A stretch of DNA of 37,206 nt from a virus. Lineage: Duplodnaviria > Heunggongvirae > Uroviricota > Caudoviricetes. The notes beneath the pieces are model-generated. The model saw only the letters and a list, made by a program, of their open reading frames with translations, searched no databases and was not told the origin of the DNA. Positions 30,807 to 37,206 of the stretch are shown piece after piece. The position numbers were made by a program, and so were the translations under genes. Location of the stretch: positions 1 through 37,206 of the IMG/VR virus record IMGVR_UViG_2737471853_000011. One strand, 5' to 3'. The first letter of the stretch is position 1; the number at the start of each line of letters is the position of its first letter.

Positions 30807-31007
30807 CTAATCTTTCGGATAGATATCCGGTCTTAAGTCAGATTTCGTAATTGCACCTGACGTGCATTGCTCAAGTTTTTTAGCCAGCACAAAACTGGCT
30901 TTTTTATAGCCATTGAAAACCAGCCGTAAGTAGCCAGGTGTTGAGCCAACTTTTCCGGCCAACTCGCCCTGCTGTTCTTTGGTTAAAGAGTCCCAATACG
31001 CTTTCAT
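30807..31007 (-). CDS. cro: Cro-like repressor (66 aa)
   Basis: HTH (QQGELAGKVGSTPGYLRLV), divergent from cI; GGAGG RBS; ORF-track ORF truncated to the internal ATG. Confidence 0.7.
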   Translation of the reverse strand: MKAYWDSLTKEQQGELAGKVGSTPGYLRLVFNGYKKASFVLAKKLEQCTSGAITKSDLRPDIYPKD

Positions 31008-31010
31008 ACA

Positions 31011-31033
31011 ATATGTACCTCCGATGTACATAT
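31011..31033. promoter_or_regulatory. Operator-like inverted repeat ATATGTAC-N7-GTACATAT overlapping the cro promoter
   Basis: Perfect 8-bp arms; ATGTACC-type motif recurs at pL. Confidence 0.45.
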
Positions 31034-31057
31034 TACATGATTGAAATGAACCTTCAA
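31030..31057 (-). promoter_or_regulatory. pR-like promoter for cro, TTGAAG-N16-TAATAT
   Basis: Hexamers read on minus strand, about 23 nt upstream of cro ATG. Confidence 0.4.
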
Positions 31058-31061
31058 GATA

Positions 31062-31082
31062 CTTGTACCTTAACGGTACAAG
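31062..31082. promoter_or_regulatory. Operator-like palindrome CTTGTACC-TTAAC-GGTACAAG
   Basis: Perfect 8-bp arms in the cI-cro intergenic region. Confidence 0.5.
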
Positions 31083-31091
31083 GGTTTTAAT
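31063..31091 (+). promoter_or_regulatory. pRM-like promoter, TTGTAC-N17-TTTAAT, giving a leaderless cI mRNA
   Basis: Predicted start at or next to the cI ATG (31098); no SD upstream of cI. Confidence 0.35.
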
Positions 31092-31097
31092 TTCGTT

Positions 31098-31772
31098 ATG
31101 AAAACAATCCATGACATCCGGCGGTCTAACGCCAGAAAACTGAGAGATGGTGTTGGCGGGAATTCTTCCTTTGCCACTATGATTGATCGCGAGCCAACCC
31201 AGACCAGCAGGTTTATGGGAGATGGTGCTACTAAAAATATCGGTGACAGCATGGCACGACACATCGAAAAATGTTTCGACCTGCCTGTCGGATGGCTCGA
31301 TCAAGAACACCAGACAACGAACATCACAAAAAAACCTGATGTTTCAATCACTAATAAACAAATCACATTAGTCCCTGTCATATCATGGGTACAGGCCGGA
31401 GCATGGAAAGAAGTTGGATATTCTGAGGTTGATTTGAGCACAGCAGAAACGTATCCCTGCCCTGTACCCTGTGGGGAAATGACTTATATCTTGCGGGTGA
31501 TAGGTGATTCAATGATTGATGAGTACCGCCCGGGAGACATGATTTTTGTCGATCCTGAAGTACCTGCCTGCCACGGTGACGACGTTATTGCATTGATGCA
31601 CGATACAGGCGAAACCACCTTCAAAAGGTTGATAGAAGATGGGACACAGCGTTATCTCAAAGCGTTAAACCCAAACTGGCCTGAGCCTTACATTAAGATC
31701 AACGGTAATTGCTCTATAATTGGTACAGTGATTTTCTCAGGAAAACCAAGAAGATACAAAATCAAAGCCTAA
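31098..31772 (+). CDS. cI: CI-type repressor (HTH plus LexA-like S24 autopeptidase domain)
   Basis: 224-aa ORF; C-terminal half has the Ser...Lys autocleavage pattern (GDSM, KR); divergent from cro. Confidence 0.9.
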   Translation: MKTIHDIRRSNARKLRDGVGGNSSFATMIDREPTQTSRFMGDGATKNIGDSMARHIEKCFDLPVGWLDQEHQTTNITKKPDVSITNKQITLVPVISWVQAGAWKEVGYSEVDLSTAETYPCPVPCGEMTYILRVIGDSMIDEYRPGDMIFVDPEVPACHGDDVIALMHDTGETTFKRLIEDGTQRYLKALNPNWPEPYIKINGNCSIIGTVIFSGKPRRYKIKA

Positions 31773-31784
31773 TCAATGTTTATG

Positions 31785-31807
31785 AACCTGCTTCGGCAGG
31801 TTTTTTT
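31785..31807 (+). terminator. Rho-independent terminator after cI
   Basis: AACCTGC-TTCG-GCAGGTT followed by TTTTT. Confidence 0.7.
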
Positions 31808-31811
31808 ATAC

Positions 31812-31839
31812 TTGACAATGTACCTTTGAGATACATAAT
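31812..31839 (+). promoter_or_regulatory. pL-like promoter, TTGACA-N16-CATAAT, with two AATGTACC operator motifs (31817..31824, 31837..31844)
   Basis: Consensus -35; operator motif shared with the cI-cro intergenic region. Confidence 0.5.
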
Positions 31840-31928
31840 GTACCCAACCGAAACAACGAACAGGCAGGACGCCCACGAAGTAGCCGCCTGGGGCATATGA
31901 AGTCCAGGATGATTCGTTAGCAACAAAA

Positions 31929-31948
31929 AAGCGCCCTACAGGACGCTT
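31929..31948 (-). terminator. Possible minus-strand terminator shielding pL/cI from leftward transcription
   Basis: Read on minus strand: AAGCGTCC-TGTA-GGGCGCTT followed by TTTTGTTG. Confidence 0.35.
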
Positions 31949-32006
31949 AGCTCTTTAACAATCTGGTCCCCATCAACAAGTAACTGATAACTTGAGGAGG
32001 TGTGAA

Positions 32007-32213
32007 ATGCACAAAACAGAACCCAAAATCGTCGCGCCTGGCTACACAGATGAGGAAATTTATGAGTGGATGACAAAGAAGCTGGCAGCTATAAACCAGC
32101 TTCGTGAAGTGCTGTCTTATCGACAGGAAACAATAGACTCCTTAAAAAAACTGGATCAGGAAATCACGGTTTTATCACAGGATGTTACTTTAGATATTGT
32201 GCAGACAAATTAG
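32007..32213 (+). CDS. Hypothetical protein (68 aa), first gene after pL
   Basis: GAGGAGG RBS 6 nt upstream of ATG 32007; acidic, not Arg-rich like N. Confidence 0.55.
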   Translation: MHKTEPKIVAPGYTDEEIYEWMTKKLAAINQLREVLSYRQETIDSLKKLDQEITVLSQDVTLDIVQTN

Positions 32214-32619
32214 GATCCCATTCATTTTCGTCAAAATCATCAAAGTGATGAATTTGTGATCTCCAGTCTCGATAATCTAAAAATTTCTGGGCGGTTACGC
32301 TTATTTTATCAAGTGTGAGTTCATCCTGAATTGAAAGAAGAAGTTCATCAAATTTCATCTCATTAATCTGTTTTGGCATCCAGTGATGCTTCATCAGAAT
32401 AAGGTGAACCAGAGCCTTTTTCCCATTCAACTGATTATAGGGAGTGCCGAATTTCTTCCGGTGCTCATGTAAGACAAGGTCCAGAAGAGTAAGTAATGTT
32501 GCCCTTGATTCAACTTTGCTTATTTCGACTGATGACACTACCCCACTGATTTCAATGCCCCGATACTTTCCAACATTTTCACAGTGGGATTTGTACAGCG
32601 TGTAGATATTACCGGACAT
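32185..32619 (-). CDS. Hypothetical protein (144 aa), AT-rich, antisense within the early-left operon
   Basis: AGGA-type RBS; convergent with the 68-aa gene, 3' ends overlapping by 29 nt. Confidence 0.6.
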   Translation of the reverse strand: MSGNIYTLYKSHCENVGKYRGIEISGVVSSVEISKVESRATLLTLLDLVLHEHRKKFGTPYNQLNGKKALVHLILMKHHWMPKQINEMKFDELLLSIQDELTLDKISVTAQKFLDYRDWRSQIHHFDDFDENEWDPNLSAQYLK

Positions 32620-33163
32620 TTCTTTTCCTTTTGCGTTGTTGGGGATAACCAGATTAACCGAATCCTTGTTGTTGGGGAATAACCAGGTCCACCTCGCCTG
32701 ATGTGGCTAAAAGCAGGCACATAACAGCTAAGTATTTTCAACCAGAGAGAATCCTTAGCGTTGTGGTGAATGCGGCTCAGCGCACGCGGGTTAAGGTTGA
32801 GGCTGACAGTCGACCTTCTGTGGATACCCACCCGCCTGGTGTGCAACCTTCGCCAGGCACCGGGAGGCACCCGGCACCACAACTTTATGCTGTGTGTAGT
32901 CCTGGCGGTACCAGTTTGTACCCTTGCTTCCGGCTGGTACCGTCCTTTTTACAAAACAGAGAAGAGCATCACCGGACGACGGGCTCATAACCCAATCCAT
33001 CCGGGCGGCTGCCACCGCAGGTGTTCTTCTCTGTTTTGTGGAGAAACTAACCGCCCCTACGGGGGCATTTATGGAAATGTAATTGACTCAATAATCGCCG
33101 GACGGTGAGGGCTTCCTTTTACCCGAATTCAGCGCGGTGCAGCGCATATACGTGGAGAACAAA

Positions 33164-33700
33164 ATGTCATTTATTAAAACTTTTTCCGGGAAGCATTTTT
33201 ATTATGACAGGATAAATAAAGACGACATCGTTATTAACGATATCGCGGTTTCCCTTTCAAATATCTGTCGCTTTGCAGGACATCTTTCACACTTCTACAG
33301 TGTCGCCCAACATGCGGTGCTTTGCAGCCAGCTGGTGCCGCAGGAATTTGCTTTTGAAGCTTTAATGCATGATGCAACAGAAGCATATTGCCAGGACATC
33401 CCCGCACCACTGAAACGACTTCTTCCTGACTATAAACGGATGGAAGAAAAAATAGACGCCGTAATCCGTGAGAAATACGGGTTACCTCCTGTTATGAGCA
33501 CGCCAGTGAAATATGCCGATCTCATTATGCTGGCAACCGAACGCCGCGATCTCGGGCTTGATGATGGCTCTTTCTGGCCTGTGCTGGAAGGTATCCCGGC
33601 AACAGAGATGTTCAACGTGATTCCACTGGCTCCAGGCCATGCCTACGGGATGTTTATGGAACGCTTTAACGAATTATCGGAGTTACGCAAATGCGCATGA
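33164..33700 (+). CDS. HD-domain phosphohydrolase
   Basis: His..HD..D pattern (..SHFYSVAQHAVL.., ..LMHDATEAY..); GGAG RBS before ATG 33164. Confidence 0.65.
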   Translation: MSFIKTFSGKHFYYDRINKDDIVINDIAVSLSNICRFAGHLSHFYSVAQHAVLCSQLVPQEFAFEALMHDATEAYCQDIPAPLKRLLPDYKRMEEKIDAVIREKYGLPPVMSTPVKYADLIMLATERRDLGLDDGSFWPVLEGIPATEMFNVIPLAPGHAYGMFMERFNELSELRKCA

Positions 33701-34053
33701 ATGTTTTCGAAATGGAAGGGTTTCTTCGTGGGAGATGTGTACCGCGAGATCTGAAAGTGAATGAAACGGATGCTGAATACCTGGTGCGTAAATTCGATGC
33801 GCTTGAAGCTAAATGTGCAGCACAGGAAAACAAAGTAATACCAGTGTCAACTGAACTGCCACCAGCAAATGAAAGTGTTTTGTTATTCGATGCTAACGGA
33901 GAAGGCTGGCTAATTGGCTGGCGTTCTCTCTGGTACACCTGGGGACAAAAAGAAACCGGAGAATGGCAGTGGACATTTCAGGTCGGGGACCTTGAAAACG
34001 TCAATATCACTCACTGGGCAGTAATGCCAAAAGCACCGGAGGCTGGAGCATAA
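33691..34053 (+). CDS. Hypothetical early protein (120 aa)
   Basis: ORF coupled to neighbours in early-left operon. Confidence 0.55.
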   Translation: MRMNVFEMEGFLRGRCVPRDLKVNETDAEYLVRKFDALEAKCAAQENKVIPVSTELPPANESVLLFDANGEGWLIGWRSLWYTWGQKETGEWQWTFQVGDLENVNITHWAVMPKAPEAGA

Positions 34054-34358
34054 TGACCACTTTTACCGACAAAGAACTGATTAAAGAAATTAAAGAGCGT
34101 ATCAGCAGCCTTGACGTGCGAGACGATATTGAGCGCCGTGCTTATGAAATCGCACTCCTATCTCTGGAAGTAGAACCAGATGAACGCGAAGCTTATGAAT
34201 TATTCATGGAAAAGCGTTTTGGTGACTTAGTAGATCGTCGGAGAGCAAAAAACGGCGATAACGAATACATGGCATGGGATATGACTCTCGGTTGGATCGT
34301 CTGGCAGCAACGAGCTGGTATCCATTTCTCAACAATGTCACAGCAAGAGGTGAAATAA
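34053..34358 (+). CDS. Hypothetical early protein (101 aa)
   Basis: ORF coupled to neighbours in early-left operon. Confidence 0.55.
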   Translation: MTTFTDKELIKEIKERISSLDVRDDIERRAYEIALLSLEVEPDEREAYELFMEKRFGDLVDRRRAKNGDNEYMAWDMTLGWIVWQQRAGIHFSTMSQQEVK

Positions 34359-34708
34359 TGGAGCCATACAGCCTCACACTCGATGAGGCCTGTCATTTTC
34401 TCAAGATATCCAGACCGACTGCCATTAACTGGATACGCACAGGGCGTCTTCAGGCAACACGCAAAGATCCCACTAAGAATAAATCTCCTTACCTCACAAC
34501 ACGACAAGCCTGCATTGCGGCTCTTCAGTCTCCGCTGCATACTGTCCAGGTGAGCGCGGGTGATGGCATAACAGAGGAAAGAAAATGTCACTCTTCCGCA
34601 GAGGTGAAATATGGTACGCCAGTTTCACATTGCCGAACGGTAAAAGATTTAAACAGTCTCTTGGAACAAAGGACAAAAGGCAGGCGACAGAACTCCATGA
34701 CAAGCTAA
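34358..34708 (+). CDS. xis: Excisionase (AlpA/Xis-type HTH), 116 aa
   Basis: AAGAGG RBS; HTH ..[26 protein letters not shown]..; 3' end overlaps int in another frame. Confidence 0.7.
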   Translation: MEPYSLTLDEACHFLKISRPTAINWIRTGRLQATRKDPTKNKSPYLTTRQACIAALQSPLHTVQVSAGDGITEERKCHSSAEVKYGTPVSHCRTVKDLNSLLEQRTKGRRQNSMTS

Positions 34709-35748
34709 AGGCTGAAGCATGGCGGGTCAGCAAACTTGGTGAAATACCTGATATAACGTTCGAGGAAGCGTGTGTCAGGTGGCTTGAAGAGAAAGCACAT
34801 AAAAAATCACTGGACGATGACAAAAGCCGGATCGGATTCTGGCTTCAACATTTCGCAGGAATGCAACTAAGAGACATTACTGAATCAAAAATTTATTCAG
34901 CAATGCAGAAAATGACGAACCGGCGTCATGAGGAAAACTGGAAACTCAGGGCAGAAGCATGCAGAAAAAAAGGGAAACCTGTTCCAGAATACACGCCAAA
35001 ACCAGCGTCCGTTGCAACGAAGGCTACGCATCTTTCATTTATAAAGGCCCTACTAAGAGCCGCAGAGCGTGAATGGAAAATGCTGGATAAGGCACCAATT
35101 ATTAAAGTGCCTCAACCAAAGAATAAACGGATCCGCTGGCTGGAGCCCCATGAAGCACAAAGGCTGATTGATGAATGTCCGGAGCCATTAAAGTCTGTTG
35201 TTGAATTTGCACTGGCAACAGGCTTAAGACGCTCAAACATCATCAACCTTGAATGGCAACAAATAGATATGCAGCGCCGGGTGGCATGGATAAACCCGGA
35301 AGAGAGTAAATCAAACCGCGCAATTGGCGTTGCGCTGAATGATACTGCATGTCGCGTATTGAAAAAACAAATCGGGAATCATCACCGTTGGGTATTTGTG
35401 TACAAGGAAAGCTGTACCAAACCAGACGGAACGAAAGCGCCAACAGTAAGGAAGATGCGGTATGACGCAAACACAGCCTGGAAAGCGGCGCTGAGACGGG
35501 CTGGTATTGATGATTTCAGATTTCACGACTTGAGACACACCTGGGCAAGTTGGCTGGTTCAAGCCGGAGTCCCGTTGTCAGTGTTACAGGAAATGGGAGG
35601 CTGGGAGTCTATCGAAATGGTTCGTCGATATGCTCACCTTGCACCTAATCACCTTACCGAACACGCACGGCAAATAGACTCGATCCTGAACCCATCGGTC
35701 CCAAATTTGTCCCAGTCAAAAAATAAGGAAGGTACTAATGATGTGTAA
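34585..35748 (+). CDS. int: Tyrosine integrase, tRNA-Thr (thrW)-targeting type
   Basis: 387-aa ORF with R...HxxR...Y catalytic pattern (..[17 protein letters not shown]..), ends 14 bp from tRNA 3' end. Confidence 0.95.
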   Translation: MSLFRRGEIWYASFTLPNGKRFKQSLGTKDKRQATELHDKLKAEAWRVSKLGEIPDITFEEACVRWLEEKAHKKSLDDDKSRIGFWLQHFAGMQLRDITESKIYSAMQKMTNRRHEENWKLRAEACRKKGKPVPEYTPKPASVATKATHLSFIKALLRAAEREWKMLDKAPIIKVPQPKNKRIRWLEPHEAQRLIDECPEPLKSVVEFALATGLRRSNIINLEWQQIDMQRRVAWINPEESKSNRAIGVALNDTACRVLKKQIGNHHRWVFVYKESCTKPDGTKAPTVRKMRYDANTAWKAALRRAGIDDFRFHDLRHTWASWLVQAGVPLSVLQEMGGWESIEMVRRYAHLAPNHLTEHARQIDSILNPSVPNLSQSKNKEGTNDV

Positions 35749-35762
35749 CTTATTGATTTAAA

Positions 35763-35838
35763 TGGTGCCGATAATAGGAGTCGAACCTACGACCTTCGCA
35801 TTACGAATGCGCTGCTCTACCAACTGAGCTATATCGGC
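35763..35838 (-). tRNA. thrW: tRNA-Thr (anticodon CGT), thrW-type, with encoded CCA
   Basis: Reverse complement GCCGATATAGCTCAGTTGGTAGAGCAGCGCATTCGTAATGCG..GGTTCGACTCCTATTATCGGCACCA has cloverleaf features and a T-loop. Confidence 0.95.
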
Positions 35839-35952
35839 CCTGAAAGGACATGTTCACGAACGTGAATCACGGTGGACAAGGTTAAAACTAACCGGGCGAT
35901 GCGTCAATGGCCTTGTGAATCAAATGGCTACTTTTGCATCACCCGGTTTTAT

Positions 35953-37206
35953 TTACGCACGAATGGTGTAATCACCAATGCCGATCCACTTGTAAGTGGT
36001 CAGTGCTTCCAGCCCCATTGGGCCACGCGCGTGGAGTTTTTGTGTGCTTACCGCCACTTCCGCACCCAGACCAAACTGGCCGCCGTCGGTAAAACGCGTA
36101 GAGGCGTTAACGTAAACAGCGGACGAATCCACTTCGTTAACAAAACGCTGGGCGTTGCGCATATCGCGGGTCAGGATCGCATCGGAGTGTTGTGTGCCGT
36201 GTTCACGAATATGGGCGATGGCATCGTCAAGATCGCTGACGATTTTGACGTTCAAATCTAATGACAGAAACTCATCGTCATACTCTTCGGCTTTAACAGC
36301 AACCACCTTCGCAGGGCCTGCCTGCAACTGCGCCAGTGCAGCTGCATCTGCGTGTAATGTCACGCCGCTTTCCGCCATTTGTTTGCTTAATGCGGGCAGG
36401 AAGCTATCGGCGATGTTTTTATTCACCAGCAACGTTTCAACCGTATTACATGTGCTCGGACGCTGAGTTTTCGCGTTGACGATCACTTTTAATGCTTCAG
36501 CGATCTCTACACTTTCATCAACGTAAATATGGCATACGCCTATACCACCTGTGATCACCGGGATTGTCGACTGTTCACGGCACAGTTTATGCAAACCAGC
36601 GCCACCACGCGGGATCAGCATGTCGATGTATTTATCCATACGCAGCATTTCACTGACCAGCGCACGGTCAGGATTATCAATCGCCTGCACGGCACCCGCC
36701 GGTAAGCCGCAGGATTTCAGGGCGTCCTGAATCACCGCCACCGTTGCAGCGTTAGTGCGACACGTTTCTTTGCCACCGCGCAGGATCACCGCATTACCGG
36801 TTTTCAGGCACAGCGAAGCGACATCAACCGTCACGTTCGGGCGCGCTTCATAAATCACGCCAATAACCCCCAGCGGTACGCGACGACGCTCAAGACGCAG
36901 GCCGCTGTCCAGTACGCCGCCATCGATTACCTGCCCCACCGGATCGGCGAGGTTGCACACCTGACGTACATCGTCGGCAATGCCTTTCAGCCGTGCGGGC
37001 GTCAGTGCCAGACGGTCAAGCATCGCTTCGCTAAGGCCATTGGCTCGCGCGTCAGCAACATCCTGGGCGTTAGCGTTGAGGATGATTTCGCTTTGTGCTT
37101 CCAGTTCATCGGCGATTTTTTCCAGCACGCGATTTTTTTCGCGGCTGGAGAGTTGCGCTAATTTATACGAGGCTTGCTTCGCGGCAATGCCCATTTGTTC
37201 CAGCAT
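35953..37206 (-). CDS. proA: Gamma-glutamyl phosphate reductase ProA (complete; start codon is the last 3 nt of the window)
   Basis: 417-aa ORF beginning [11 protein letters not shown]..; aldehyde dehydrogenase-family protein. Confidence 0.95.

Noticed and set aside
32538-33108. Four overlapping ORFs (32538..32882-, 32703..32990+, 32770..33108+, 32791..33015-)
   Set aside because: GC-rich, no RBS, mutually overlapping, and coincide with the inverted-repeat structured element; treated as non-coding
31812-33136. N-type antiterminator gene after pL
   Set aside because: No small Arg-rich ORF present; the only ORF with a strong RBS (32007..32213) is acidic. Antitermination, if any, may be RNA-based (see finding)
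35749-35762. Serotype-conversion (gtr) genes between int and the tRNA, as in some thrW-integrating phages
   Set aside because: Only 14 bp separate int from the tRNA, and no glycosyltransferase-like ORFs occur elsewhere in the window
35872-36261. 129-aa + strand ORF
   Set aside because: Antisense inside proA; shadow ORF

Overview
The window is the int-proximal ~35.8 kb of a temperate lambdoid prophage inserted at tRNA-Thr (thrW-type, 35763..35838) beside a complete proA. The prophage's other end lies beyond the left edge. Reading right to left: xis-int; an early-left operon; a cI/cro immunity region with recognisable operators and promoters; a replication module with iterons inside the initiator gene; a nin-like block (LexA-like DNA-binding protein, RusA, KilA-N, DUF968-like, Q-like antiterminator); a lysis cassette; HNH plus terminase; an HK97-type head module; a Mu-type contractile tail module; and a Gin/Pin-type invertible tail-fibre switch with its serine invertase. 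Four AT-rich accessory islands interrupt this backbone. The most interesting is a two-gene cassette on the opposite strand between Q and the holin (24175..25503): a 273-aa soluble protein plus a 160-aa four-helix membrane protein, which I rank as the best candidate for an undescribed abortive-infection or defence module. The others are a convergent gene pair at the cI-proximal site where lambda carries rexAB, a 124-aa gene between HNH and the spanins, and a GIY-YIG nuclease-domain gene next to the invertase. All calls come from reading the sequence and ORF translations by eye; no searches were run, so product names are family-level and hedged, and coordinates of short sites may be off by a base or two.
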